Source: Azolla caroliniana
Taxonomy: Eukaryota; Plantae; Polypodiophyta
Assembly: GCA_043228905.1 (NCBI GenBank)
Contig: JBHGNT010000002.1
Location: 25,544,001 to 25,608,000 of the forward strand
Direction: 5' to 3'
DNA length: 64,000 nt
Shown piece after piece: positions 1 to 13,361 of this stretch (positions are counted from its first letter, which is position 1; the number at the start of each line of letters is the position of its first letter). Both the position numbers and the translations under genes were made by a program. The notes beneath the pieces were generated by a model that searched no databases, was not told where the DNA came from, and saw only the letters and a program-made list of their open reading frames with translations.

Positions 1-1155
1 AGGTGTTCTAATTATAATTTCATCCAATTTGGTAAAAGGAACTCATCCCATTGGTGTTAATTACAGAAACTCTGGACTGATGAGAGATTTGATTAACACA
101 TCAGTCAAAGTGAAGATGGTAATGGCGGGGTGATCGCTTCATGTTTACTTGTTACAAGTAATGCCCCCGGATCATCATCTGAGAAGTATTGACAAATGTA
201 ATAGGAACTTTGTTGATATTTGTTTATGCATGACGATTGCTAGAAAATGTCTGACAAAAAGTGATACCTTATTACGATCAATAATTAATTAGAAGCGACG
301 TGAAATATAAATGAAATAGCAGAGGATCTCAATAGCAACACCATTTATTATAAGAAGTGACATCGATCAATGCAATAGACCTGATCTTGATGATACGCCA
401 CATGATGATGGATCTTCTACACATCAATAATTAGTGAAAGATCACGAATTTGTTAATACAAGAATGTGATGTTCACATGAATATTAAATTTCAAATTTAT
501 ATATATATAACTTAGAGTCTGAAAACAAAATCAGACTAAACTCCTGTAAACATTAAACTTCTGTGTGTAATTTAAGTTAAACTAAGCACATGAATACAAT
601 TCTATTTGTACGTGTTAAAAAGTAAATAATGAAGCTCAAGTATGCACTATCTGAGAGGAGAGATAATTAATCAGGATATCTAATACATTCATTAGATTCT
701 GCACAAGTAATGTGGCCAGTCACAACATCTGCGATTGGCCGAAAATTGAGACCAAAGTAATCAATCTCGGAGCTATAATTTGCAGGATGTAAGATCTTCA
801 TTGATGGAATTCTGGCGGGTATCATCAATGTTGATACCGCCATGATTACACGGCTTTTCTTAAGTGAATCAAGGTTGTGTAACCATAATTTTGCAGGAAG
901 ATGTGGCACATGGGCAGCGAGCACACATGGATTGCATGATTATGATTATGAGGTCGATAACTCATTGATAAAATCATTGATTAAACCATGAATTATTATC
1001 ACTTGATTCGTCACAACCAATGATGAGATTATGAATGCTTGTGGGTAATTAGGATCGAAGGATTGTTGTAATCGAGATCCGACATCATAATTCACAGAGC
1101 TAAGTGGCCACATGTGATGGAGCAGGCGGTTGATTTAAATGCTTGGATCAAATGA

Positions 1156-2421
1156 TTAGTTAAAATCATTGTGGCTATGAATCTCTGTGGACTCCATGGA
1201 TCCCTGCTGGCTACCCATATAACTCATGCGCGAGCATTGAGATCTTGTCTCATCTGAACCTGTGAGCGACTGGACCAACCACATGAAGTTGGACGCCTCC
1301 GCCTGGATCACTTTCGGCGCATACATGTGGATGACGATCGGCCGTCTCCCATGATGAGGATGATTATGATTATGATTACGATGAGGATTATGATTATGAT
1401 TCTGATTATGATTATGATTCTGATTCTGATTATGATTATGATTATGATTATGATTATGATTATGATTATGATTCTGATTCTGATTCTGATTCTGATTTTG
1501 ATTTTGATTTTGATTTTGATTTTGATTTTGATTTTGATTTTGATTTTGATTTTGATTTTGATTTTGAGTTTGATTTTGATTTTGATTTTGATTTTGATTT
1601 TGATGATTAATTAGCATCCCATGAGGATCTGCAGGCATCGACAGCCTCTCCTCCTCGGACAGCCTCTCCTCCTCGGATCGATCGGTTGGAGCCACCTCTT
1701 CCCCATTAATTCTTTCCTCCTCTTCTTCTTCTTCTCCTTCAACAACGAATTCCTTAACCTCGGGTCCCTTGATCCGATCCGAATCCTTCTCGTTGCGAAT
1801 CATACCCATCGATGATGATGACGATGCCGTCACATCCAATCCATTCATATCGATCGATGATGATGCAGAGCCATCCAATTGACTGTCGTCACATAAGCTT
1901 CTCGGAGGATGATTACAGATCGAAGGCGGCACACACCCATCGAATCGATTGCCATCGTTATGAAGAATGCCTATCGATGATGGCATGGCTGTCGCGTCAA
2001 TTAATAATCGATTCCCTTCGGATATTCTCGTTAATAATCGATTCCCATCGGATATTCTCATTCTCTTCCGGGAATCGCCGATCGATGCCACCAGAGACTC
2101 GTCATAGTCATCCTGGTCGGATCGATCATTGCTACAATCGCAGCCATAAGAAGAATTATCGATCGACAGGAAGTCCGCATTGAAGCTGCTATCACGATCG
2201 ATATAATCATCGATTGAAGTGGTAGTAGCCAAACCCATGCCTAGCGAATCGTTGGTGTATAAGGGCGTCCACCAATCGGAGATCGCCACTTCCATTATAC
2301 TATCGCCCGTCAATTCCTCGCATTCGATCCTACGCGATGATTCATCGCCATCAATATCATGAATCTCTTCATGATCATCATGAATATGATTCTTTGTAGC
2401 AGTGGTACGAAGAATATTCAT
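1156..2421 (-). CDS. VQ-motif-containing protein (MKS1/VQ20-like context) with a long QN/HN low-complexity tract
   Basis: Intronless 421-aa ORF. RRPIVIHMYAPKVIQAEASNFMWLVQSLTG matches the FxxxVQxLTG motif and the PVII..SPKVI context of MKS1-type VQ proteins. The true start codon is uncertain. Confidence 0.8.
   Translation of the reverse strand: MNILRTTATKNHIHDDHEEIHDIDGDESSRRIECEELTGDSIMEVAISDWWTPLYTNDSLGMGLATTTSIDDYIDRDSSFNADFLSIDNSSYGCDCSNDRSDQDDYDESLVASIGDSRKRMRISDGNRLLTRISEGNRLLIDATAMPSSIGILHNDGNRFDGCVPPSICNHPPRSLCDDSQLDGSASSSIDMNGLDVTASSSSSMGMIRNEKDSDRIKGPEVKEFVVEGEEEEEEERINGEEVAPTDRSEEERLSEEERLSMPADPHGMLINHQNQNQNQNQNQTQNQNQNQNQNQNQNQNQNQNQNQNQNQNQNQNHNHNHNHNHNHNHNQNQNHNHNQNHNHNPHRNHNHNHPHHGRRPIVIHMYAPKVIQAEASNFMWLVQSLTGSDETRSQCSRMSYMGSQQGSMESTEIHSHNDFN
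1358..1606. repeat. Coding hexanucleotide repeat (ATTTTG/ATTCTG/ATTATG)n
   Basis: Directly visible. On the minus strand it encodes (QN)n followed by (HN)n inside the VQ ORF. Confidence 0.95.
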
Positions 2422-4721
2422 ATAAATTCGGCTAGATACTAGCTATGATAATTAAATTTACTACTACTACTATACTGTTAATTAAATTTCTTAATTAGGT
2501 TCTCCCAAGGATTTAACTAATGATGTAATTAGGGAATGAGTTAGTGTAGTATACTACTTACTGCTGTTATAATTAATGCTTCATCTAATATGATCCCACG
2601 GAAACAATAGGTAGTTGTTATAATTAATGGTTCATCTAATATGATCTCATGGATACAATAGATCTATTTATCCATCTATATATATATATATATATACAGA
2701 TACATATAGGCAGAGTTATTGATTGGGTTTAATGATAAAATGGAAGAAGTAGTAGACTCGGCTTTCTTCCTTGTTCTTCTAATACTTGATCAAATCTCCT
2801 CCTGGACCAGGATTTCAACATGTTTGACACAGTATTTGTTTGTTGCAGAAGAAACAGCCCCCCCCCCCCAAATTATAACTAAATTACTATGTAATATTTA
2901 TTTATTTGTTTTTATGATACAAGATCAGAACATAAATTTCCAAATTTGCTTCATAATGTCTTTAATTTTGCCTTCTCCAAAAAAATAAAACAAAAAACAT
3001 TCTTACAGAAAATGATTCTTACTATATTTATAAACATTATTACTACATATATGTATCAGAATTGTCAAAAAACAAATTTTACTAAAAACCAAATTGTGCT
3101 GACTTGCATTCATTCATGTTGCTTTTGTTGTTTGCTTTTTTATATGACATGTGTGTGTGTGTGTGTGTGTGTGTTGTGTGTATGAATGAATTTCTTTTGA
3201 TTTTCTGCTTTTTTAGTGTTTGGGGATTGTGATCTGTTGGCCGCCCGAGTGTTCCGAAAGCATGTGTGCTTGGCGATCCCGGGCACTTCTATACATATAA
3301 AACAATCTCTTCACATGTTCAAATGGGCATACAAATTGGTTTCGGGCACCAAATTGGATACAATAAAGATCGGCATGTTAGTTGGATCCGAAACCCGGAC
3401 ACTCCGCGCATCTCCATGACCTAACCAATGAGATCAATCTCCATTGGACTATGTATAGCTTAGCTCCCTTTTCCGTAGTTACCTCAACTCCATGACTAAC
3501 ATATGAGAGATCAATCTCCATTGGACTAGCTTTAGCTCCCCTTTCCGTAGTTAAAACTTCATATCACTATCTACCTCATATCACGCCACATTCCAGTCGG
3601 CGATCAACAATAACCATACTTGTGACCATGACTGCTATACTTCCTCGAAGCCTTGGAAGTTAAAACTCGGTAAGTTGTCCAATTTCTCAAGTGCTCGATG
3701 CCCTTGCAACAGGATTAAGAATTCTTCATATTTGAGTTTCACCACTAAATCTACTCGAAAAATGGCATTATCCCAAAGATTTGTCCAACACAAGTAGAGT
3801 ATTAATTCCCTAGATTGATCACCTACATGATCCGAAATTGCTTGTAAAATTTAGAGTTACTATGACAAAAACCTACAAGAAATTCTAGATTGGATGTGCA
3901 CAAAAGGTATTATAGATGATGCAAAATATTAGGCCAGAATAAAAATCTACAAGAATGAAAAGGAGTTATTTGGTAATTTTGTTCAAGGCCTATCCTAATA
4001 CAAAAGAAATGGAGCCATACCAAACTTCAAGTGCATGTTAGCCTAGATTTTTTCCAAATCACAAAAAAGTATAAATAAATGTTGTTCAATAAAACAAAGG
4101 AACAAATCATAAGGAAGGCAACATTATATCCTATCTTATAGACTTATGCCACATAAGCTTTTATTTGTTAATTCTGCATTGCATTGGATCAATGTTACCC
4201 TCCCAAATATTGATAGCAAGGCCATCTTGTCTGGGCTCAATTCTATTTTAGGAACTGGCACTCACATGTCTTTGACTCTTTGTATGACTTGGAAGAAGGT
4301 ATTTTGTAAGGCCTAGCTCTATCATTTAGAATTTGGATATAGAACCATGAACATTAAATCGTGAGATAAATTAGTGGAAGACAAGCCCTTAAATCATAAA
4401 TCAAACCCATCATTATCCATTTGGCCATAATTTACACATAATGGTTGAATTAGAATTTGGATATAGAAAACCATTAACAATACTTTGTTAGAGAAATTGA
4501 TGGAATAAAAGCCATAAAATCGAACACGCCATTATCCATTTGGCATCAAAGTTTTGTTATTTAAACTAATTGAATTAATTAGTAGTAAAAGGCTACAACC
4601 ATAAAATCAACCACGTCATTATCCATGAAATCGATAGATATATGTTATATTAGTAGTATATCAATGATCATCATATAACATAGTAGTATCAAAGTGTTGT
4701 TATTTAAACTGATTGAATTAA

Positions 4722-5033
4722 GGGAAAAGTACCAAGATACCCCTGGAAGTTCGTTTATTTACCAGAATGCCCCTGGAAGTTCCAAATTTACCAACTACCC
4801 CTATGTCCAAAAAATTACACTTTATAAAGTAATTATACACTCAAATCTTTGGTAAATAGGGCTAGTTCAGGTCCATTTCTTCCATCTTTGGTAAATAGGG
4901 CTTATAGATTTGAGTGTATAATTACTTTATAAAGTGTAATTTTTTGGACATAGGGGTAGTTTGGTAAATTTGGAACTTCCAGGGGCATTCCGATAAATAG
5001 ACGAACTTCCAAGGGTATCCTAGTACTTTTCCC
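4722..5033. mobile_element. Mutator-like (MULE) MITE, 312 bp
   Basis: Long terminal inverted repeats of about 125 bp (GGGAAAAGTACCAAGATACCC... / ...GGGTATCCTAGTACTTTTCCC). Perfect 9-bp TSD TTGAATTAA at 4713-4721 and 5034-5042. Confidence 0.93.
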
Positions 5034-5500
5034 TTGAATTAATTAGTTAAAAATCAACATGAGTTTTTTTTTTCTTGGCTGAAAGCAATTGATAAATGAA
5101 TGTAAGAATGAGTTTTTGACTTGTCAGTTTTATTCCGTCTCAACCTCGACTTCGTCTTTACAAAAGAATGTCAACAACTCCCCGTGTTAGTACTCGAAAA
5201 ATATGAAAAGAAGACATAGTTGTTAAAACTCTTGACGAATTGCAACTTTAAGATAAGATTAAAAGGTTCTTATAAGTCTTCTTGACGAATTGACACTTTA
5301 GGTCAAGGTACGCGTAGTTGAATAAGTCTTTTTTCTTGTAATACATAGCCCCAAAACACATCATCAACGAGTATCCCTAAAACAGCTTAAGGAAACACCT
5401 GAAACCGACATGCAAGGAAGGGCCATTGTCCACCTATGGGCATGGGCATTTCCTTAACCTCTTGTACAAGAAGAAGTACTAGGCATCTATTATTACAATA

Positions 5501-5862
5501 TTAGCTTATCACATAACAATCAAAAGACCAACACTTCACCACCCAAGACACATCATCCAATCTAATCATTCTCAGAAAACCATTATTTGAGGTTATGTAT
5601 ACAAAATTGACGGAGCACTTCGAAGAGATTGAATAATAGAATAATAGAACATGTGATCGATGCTTAAAGCTCAAATCTTACAATCTTAGCTTATCACATA
5701 ACAATCAAAAGACCAACACTTCACAACCCAAGACACATCGTCCAATCTAATCATTCTCAGAAAACCATAAATAGCGGTTATGTATACAAAATTGACGGAG
5801 CACTTCAAAGAGATTGAATAATATAATAATAGAACATGTGATCGATGCTTAAAGCTCAAATC
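5501..5862. repeat. Tandem duplication, unit about 185 bp, 2 copies
   Basis: TTAGCTTATCACATAACAATCAAAAGACC...CTTAAAGCTCAAATC starts at 5501 and again at 5686 with few mismatches. Confidence 0.9.
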
Positions 5863-6124
5863 CCTCCATGATCAGGTTATGTATACATGATCAGTGTACT
5901 ATCAATACTTAATCTTAGTCGTAAACAAATAGCTCATAAGAACAAGAACACTAAATGCTACTTTATCAATCAATGAAAATATTTACCTCAAAACAAATTA
6001 TGTATATAAAACTGCTCTCTGTTGGATTCATCCTCCAAAAGCTAAGTCAGAATTGTGTAAATTGTTATACATTGTGGGTCTTATACATATGATATATTTT
6101 ATATTACTCTTTCAAATTTAAGGA

Positions 6125-9100
6125 CTATGCTGATAATGGCACAGGTATGAAAGGAACCTGTTGGACACCAGCATTTCCTAACCATGATTGCTGAGGGTCA
6201 ATAAAGCGCCAGGATAGAAGTTGCTTTATGTCATCATCCCTCAATTGTTTAGCCCATGAAACTCGCTTTGACTGGTTGCTTCCAGGTCCCGAGCACCTAG
6301 AAGGAAATAACATACATCGCCATGTATGAGACCCCATATGAAACACCACTTATTTAAACCTTAATAGAAAATATGTACATGCAAACCCATAAGCAGGTCG
6401 ATATGATGTACATGCATGTGTATATATAAGTGAATTTGTATATGTATATATATACGTAAATTTGTCTATGTACATGACAAGCTACATGGATATGTATCTG
6501 TATGTGTATTTGTATATGTACAAGTCTATGTGTTTATTATATCATATACATGTGTACATATATAAACATTTATATGTGTGTGTATCTACCTGATATGAAC
6601 AGAGGGTGGTAAGGAAAGATACTTAATCATTCAAGAGAAACCATCATCATCAAAAAAGTACACTGATAACCTGTATTCACAATAGCAGGCTGACATCTCA
6701 TTTTCTGAGTTCCCCCAGTTATTCCACCCAGTTGGCATGATGCAATGATCCATCCATGTGTAAGCAAAGATGACCCTTGCATATGGTGCCCACGGACGCC
6801 CTAAATGCATGTATGGGGAACCTGTACCTGTACCTGTTATAATGCATCTGCCAACATCAAAGCCAATCAGCCAACTGCTAGGCTCTAGCAAGTTTTTTGT
6901 TAGAAAATCAAGTAATGTTTGTAAATTCACCTAAGAAACACAAAGCCAGTTGTTTCGACTGTAGTCTTTCGGCTTTGTGCAGTAATAAAACCAGCAGACT
7001 TGCAGTGAATGTGGCAATGTTCCAACAGTGCTGTTGCATCTCCAAAAATAAAGTCAACATTGCCCTCAATATAGCAATCTCTTAAATAATGTCTTCCATA
7101 ATGTAAATACGCTGTATCCTGCTACATCCTACGAGGTATTAGCTAAATAAAATGGATAAATATATATAACATTAACTAAATAGTGTATGAAAATTACCTG
7201 CCAACCTAAGAATCGACAATCATAAAAAGCACAACGGTCTGCTGTTACACGTATCGCCACGGCTTGTCCTGAACCCTGCAAGTAATATGTAGTTGATCAT
7301 ATGTGGAGCTTCCTTGACATAGCTGTGCCAAGTTGGCTCTAGAGTCCCCTAGACATTTGATTTAGCAAGGAAGATAATTCACGATGGTCTGCCCAAATGG
7401 CCTCAATTTGACTTCCATAGCTTCAGCACAGATAGACTACCTCCACTTCAGTACTCCTTGGAGGCACCATCTCTCACGCTAACTAAGAGATCAGCAAAGT
7501 CATCATGCAAGACCTCACTTGGCTAGAGACTATGGAGGAGAATCAATTTAATGGGCAACCATTGTACTGTTGTTTTTTACATTTCAAGAAATGTTTGAAC
7601 ACAATCCTAAGGGCAAAGTCATGAGAAAGAATAGAAAAACTTTAAGTATCAACACACATAAAAGAAACAGTGATTCAGTTATGCTACCAAGTCCGATGCA
7701 AGGTGAAGGTAAACAAAGGCTTTTCTGGAGAGTTCATGAGCACCATTAGAGTGAAACAAGGATCCCCTCTATCACCTATTCCATCCAATCCGTGTACTGA
7801 ACAACTATAAGAGTTCATCCAAGAAGCCTCAGGAGAACATAAGGGAAAACCAGATATTGGACATTTCATTGGGTTAATTCTGATTTATGCAGATGATGTG
7901 TTTTTGGCATATTTTCAGTTGGAACTGCAAATGCTTTTAGACATGGTGCATACTTGTGAACATAGTGGCCTGCCAATCGATGTGACTGAGACCGAAGTCA
8001 TGGTAGTGACCATTGTTCAAAATCTGAAAGTCGGCAGCCAGTAGTATGATATGAAAAATCCACAGAAGTGGTTCAAAGTTTCAAATATCCCAGGGTTGAC
8101 ATACTAGTCAGCATACTTGGAATAAGTGTCTAGATAGGAATGGGAGCCTGCACAATTCAATACTATGAATTTCAGACCAAGATTGGGGATCAGAGCAATA
8201 GTATTTTCTGCATGCATCATGGAAACTCTGCTTTATGGCACAGGTTTGAGGAGACAGTATTTTCAGCAAGCTTGTGGAATGAGATAGATAGAAAACAAAA
8301 GAAACTTCTATTTTGTCGTTTTAGGGTTTAAAAGCACAATCCTGCCCTCAATAATGATTCTAGAAATTAAAAGGCCAATGGAATTTTCAGTCTGATACAT
8401 ATTTAAAGTACGCCTATATCTCGAAATTGCCCTCCTAATGCCACATGGGCACTTGAATGATGGTCAGAAAAAAACCATAAAAGAATATTTCCTTCATTCA
8501 GCTGAGTCCAAGACATCCAGAAATTATTTGCAAGATGACAAGTTGAGAGTTTCTGTATGCGCATGCAGAGAAAACAGCCAGCATATATTACATTCAAGTA
8601 TTGCAGTCACTTTAATAATCAAGATTGGGAACATTACCAAGGGCAGCTGGCTGATGCCCAAGCTCATATCTGAACACCCATGTGCAAAAGAGCAAAGACG
8701 TCTCACCACATTGATGCACAGATGTTCAGACACGTTAAAAATAGAAACTAAGGGCTATCTGAATAATGAGCAGAAACAGAGAAATAGTGGTCTATGTTGC
8801 CTCAGCATACTAGAAACAAAAAATGTCACATTGGAATGCCTGGCATACGAGGGCATTACACATGACTTTCAGGAATTCCTACAAAGTTGTGCTATATTTC
8901 AAGAACTGCTAATGAGGACACAACCATCACCAAGGACATTGGGCATCATCGTTGCTTGTCTACTTGACCACAGAACCAAACACATGGAATATCCAAGCTG
9001 TGAAATCCAGAAACAAGACGTGCATTTCAGCTTTTGCTTGTTGGTTCCATGGGTCATGTTGGACCCCCCATGGACATTCTTATATCATCATTATCATAAT

Positions 9101-11567
9101 CAATTTATTATATGTTTGCCATTGTGGCATTTTTTTATGAAATATGAGGGGTAAAGAAGTGACCTACCAATGAATGTAAGATAAAGTACATACATAATTG
9201 CCAACAAGAAGTAGCCAGATGTTTATATACCCCTCACGCACAATGGTGAAGCTATTGAATCTGTGAGCTCTTTTACGTACTTAGGCATCAGTGTCCCCCC
9301 AATCATAATTGGGGCACATTGAAAGCTGGTTCGCAAACTTCCACATTTCTGAATCCAAATGCAATCTCAATAACCTTCATGATGGCAGAGAAAGATCGGA
9401 CTTTTCAATGCATTGGAAATCCAATACTTGCTATAGGAGGTTGAGGCATAAAAAGGAAGCATACACGTTTATAGATGAAATAACATTGAAAAGATACAGC
9501 AGATGCTTATATATTGCTGACTTGTGATCACAGAAACTATGCCATATTGTGTGATGTTCCTTGAAACACGGGAGAGACTCATCAAACAAGAGGGTCGTAT
9601 GAAAGTCCACAAGTTTGTGACTAAGGTAAAGGAGGTGGAGGCCCATCACTTACCAATCTAAGCTTGGGGCACTAGCAGCTAAACACGAATGGCAAATAAA
9701 ACTCTTCTAGCTGAGCACACAACACATACAAATGATTTAAGACATGGAATGTAGAAAAGCTACTCCAGCTACATATTGATGATATCCTCATGACAAGCAC
9801 TGAATCATGCCTTACTGATGCAGTCAGATTGAACAAGTATGCCAAGAACCACAGCACTCACATAACCCAACATGTTGGGACTCCTACAAGGATATGATCA
9901 GGTGCACCCAAGTATATCTCTCAACCCCATGCCTTTTAATGTGAGACGAATAATCACCCTCCTCCACACACCTTCTCCAAGATAGGCGCGCCAAGTCTTG
10001 TCTCTTAGCTATTTTGATGTCAAGTAATTAGAATGGGCAAAGAGTGAAATTTATGAAAATGAGATTATCTTCCTATCATGCATACAAGTGGGATCGCAAC
10101 TAATTTGAAGCAAATAAATATCAATCTTGGCTTACTCATGAACATGTTTTTCTATGCATCCAAATCACTAACAAAAAAACTTTGATGATTTCATTTCCAT
10201 TTTAGAAGCTTAGAAACATGCCTTTTTCTATTTCCTATTTGGTGCAGTTCCTATGTTTTCATTAAAAGATATTTCAGAATTAAGGCCTTCCACCACGTGA
10301 TGGAAAGAGTGAATAACCGGCAATAAAAGACATAAATCTACATAATTATGGAATACACTTTTTTCATGCTTTCATTGAGGAACCATATAAAACATCATGG
10401 AATGTTAAACCTGGAATATTTTAAAATTATACACTCATGGAATAAACTTTTCTTCTACATATTCGCTGACAAATTACAGAACTGGAGATTTTTTACTTTT
10501 TACAACCAAATAATGCACATACCTTTGGGGCAGAATTTTCGAATGTGATGCCCTGAGCTATGAAATCTTCACCCTCTACAATAACAGTTCCACATGCAAA
10601 GGTACCAGTCCCAATGACCCGTGATGGCTATTTGGATAACATAACAAAACAATTCACAATGTGTCAACATGGAGAGACATACGTGAGAAAGCGAAAACAA
10701 TAGGCACACGAAGAAAGAACAAATCCAAAATGTAAGCTTCATTAAACACTAGTCTCCAAGTAAGATTATCTCGTCATTAATATTTGGCAACCATCTAAGG
10801 TTAATCAATCATAACCATTTATCCGGATAGACTAATATTTTGCGCCCAAATAAGGTTGATTATTCATAATTCGCTATCCAAATCACCTAGCTCATATAAG
10901 CCAAATAATCATGATGAAACATAAAAAAGACAAAAACAAGAGAATGCAATAAGAAAGATGAAATTCAAAAGGTAGACTTGATTAAACATTCATTTTCCGC
11001 ATAGATGGAATGTTGCCAATTCTTTTATGCCAGTGTAGCTTGATTATATATAATGACCCTTTCTCCAAATCATCTAATATTTTTGCACCCATATTTGTAA
11101 GCTAATCCGTCACTGTAAGACAAACAGAAAGTGCAAAAAAAAAGAGAGAAATGTCTAATCCAAAAATGGTAGATTTGATCAATCATAGCCCTTAACCAAA
11201 ATATCCCTAATATTTTTGCACCAATGTGAGCCAGACACCACTACAACAAATAGATCAAATAAAAACACAGAAGAAATGAACAGGCTCAAACACCAAGGTG
11301 GAATTTGCATTGAGAACTTACGTGATGGGATTGAATAGATGTAGCAGTATTAGACCACGAAATGACAGTAGTTTCTGCACAATGTCCCCTGAACGTGATC
11401 AAGTTCTTAGTTTTGGACACATAGATGGATTGTTTGTAAAGACCAGGGGCAATTTCAATGATGATCCTCTCCTTGTTAAAGAGAGGAACCGAATCAACAG
11501 CCTCTTGGATGGTCTTAAAATGTCCTGTTCCATAGGGAGAGACCTTGACGACGCGGGGGGTGGACAT
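6125..11567 (-). CDS. Pectin methylesterase, PME31-like (no signal peptide or PMEI pro-domain)
   Basis: Exons 11567-11322, 10627-10523, 7275-7198, 7118-6931, 6847-6671, 6296-6125, all GT-AG and in frame. PME motifs GxFxTIQEAV, PGxY, QAVAIR, LGWQDT, VDFIFG, LGRPW and GWNNW are all present. Confidence 0.93.
7500..9060 (+). mobile_element. Degenerate RTE-like LINE in PME intron 2, antisense to the gene
   Basis: Translates with stops to LYCCFLHFKKCLNTILR, STIRVKQGSPLSP and LIYADDV, then a C-terminal region (LKIETKG...VTLECLAYEG). Ends are approximate. Confidence 0.8.
9210..9990 (+). mobile_element. Second degenerate LINE fragment in PME intron 2
   Basis: NGEAIESVSSFTYLGI resembles the post-RT motif VEVVGSYVYLGV of the LINE at 61.6-63.7 kb. 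The rest is heavily decayed. Confidence 0.55.
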
Positions 11568-11834
11568 GGTGGAACAGAGCTCTGTTGAGGGGAAACAGAG
11601 GATCTTACGGAGCTCTGTACACAGAGAATGGTGACCCTTTTTCTTCTTCTTCTCCTCCTCCTCCTCTTTCTCCAGCTTCGGAATTTTGGGGGAGAAGAGA
11701 CCAAATATTTTGCTTGTTACTTAATTACATATATGTATATGAGAAGATGTAAGAGAGTTCATTTGGGCAATTTACAAAACTAGCCTCTATTGCTTCATTA
11801 TCTCAAAACTCCACAAGAGAGTTCAAAGAAGAAG

Positions 11835-12330
11835 CAGTTGGCTTCTTTGAAATTTTGATGTCCTTCTCACTAACATGAACTTTTATTGTTACGACTTTAG
11901 CGAGGTTCATGGAAAGTAGCAAGCCAGATGGGGCTTTTGCTTCCCTTACATGTGTAACACCATAGGGTAGTTCAGCATCGAGGTTCATGAAATCTTGAAG
12001 AAAGCAACAAGTTGTTGGGGTCTTTGAATAGTTAACGTCCTACTCACTAACGTGAACTTTTATTGTTACGGCCTTAGTGAGGTTCATGAAAAGTAGCAAG
12101 CAGATGGGGTTTTTGCATTTGCTTCCCTTACATGTGTAACACTAATGGGTAGTTTAGTATCGAGGTTCATGAAATCTTGAGAGAAAGCAACAAGTTGTTG
12201 GGGTCTTCGAATAGTTAACGTCCTACTCATTAACGTGAACTTTCATTCTTACAACTTTATTTATTGAGGTTCATGAAATCTCAAAGAACTTAGAAAGCAG
12301 CAAGCATTTAGGTTCTTTGAATAGTTAACA
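11835..12330. repeat. Degenerate tandem repeat, unit about 180 bp, about 2.7 copies, upstream of the PME start
   Basis: CA(C/T)TAAC(A/G)TGAACTTT recurs at about 11868, 12046 and 12228, along with GAGGTTCATGAAATCTTGA blocks. Confidence 0.8.
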
Positions 12331-13105
12331 TTAGTGAAACTTGTTGATTGTATGGATGCCTTGCTAGCCATGTTGCTCATCATTTCGCTTTGCTTATGTA
12401 ATGCCACAGTGTATCGGTATCAATGTCTGGCCAGAACTTGCATGTTGGAGCCTTGGTAAATGCAACAATGAGTGGTGCTTCTTTGATAGAGGATCCCACA
12501 AAACTAACATCAGCTTTTCTTGCTTTGTGTCAACTAATTGGATCGAGGTTGATGCCTAATTGGAACTTGTGTTTTGTATCTAAGCAATGTTATGTATGAT
12601 CTAGTTTTTTCTATATTTAGATAGGGCATGAGGTCTATGTAAATCCATGAGTTGTTGGTGATTGACAATTTGATATGGATAGTGATGCATATTATCATGA
12701 CGTGATATTCAACCAACTTTTTTTTTACTGTGTTGAAAGATTTCTAACAAATTGGCAAAAAATAGTCTATATGATTGCTTATTATGGATTTGGCTTAGCC
12801 TTTGTGAATATGCAAATCAAATACAATAATAATAATTGTAAATAATCTACACTTCATCAAGGAAAAAGCAATAAGAAAGTATTATGCATCAATATGTGTG
12901 TGAACTCATCACAAGTGTGAGTGTAAAGAATTCAACACTATTGGAGTAGTGAGATTTGAGTTGCATGGGCTCACAACTTCAAAAGTTGTTTGTAAAACAT
13001 CGAGATTGAGCCACTAAATTTGAAATTATCATGTTTGCATGATTGCTCGAGGCGACATGTCTATCTTGAGGGGATCACATAGGTGTTAAGGGACAAATTG
13101 TCCGC

Positions 13106-13345
13106 TGATTTCGGGAGAGATTAATCTGATACATAAAATAAAATTCAACATGAGATAGGGGGGGGAAACATCATCTCAATCACCAAACTTCGCTAAGAAA
13201 TATTATAGAATTGATTCCATTGATTTCGGGAGAGATTAATCTGATACATAAAATAAAATTCAACATGAGCTGGGGGGGGGGGGGGGGGGGGGGGACATCA
13301 TCTCAATCACCAAACTTTGCTAAGAAATATTATAGAATTGATTCT
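13106..13345. repeat. Tandem duplication, unit about 115 bp, with a variable poly-G tract
   Basis: TGATTTCGGGAGAGATTAATCTG...TATTATAGAATTGATTC occurs twice; the G-run is much longer in the second copy. Confidence 0.88.
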
Positions 13346-13361
13346 AGTGCACCACTCAAAG

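Noticed and set aside
74-120. CTGATGAG resembling a hammerhead ribozyme core
   Set aside because: No stem II followed by GAAA and no compatible flanking stems.
1-1155. Coding-like sequence downstream of the VQ stop; ORF 667-924 is in the same frame
   Set aside because: Several stops in every frame and no recognisable domain. It may be a decayed extension or UTR, but a gene cannot be supported.
1327-1614. Plus-strand poly-(IL/IM) ORF
   Set aside because: It is the antisense reading of the VQ hexamer repeat.
8438-9154. 238-aa plus-strand ORF inside the PME intron as a nested gene
   Set aside because: It is the decayed C-terminal part of a LINE ORF2.
11803-12716. Short minus-strand ORFs over the 180-bp repeat
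   Set aside because: No identifiable domain. Possibly retrotransposon debris, but I could not confirm it.
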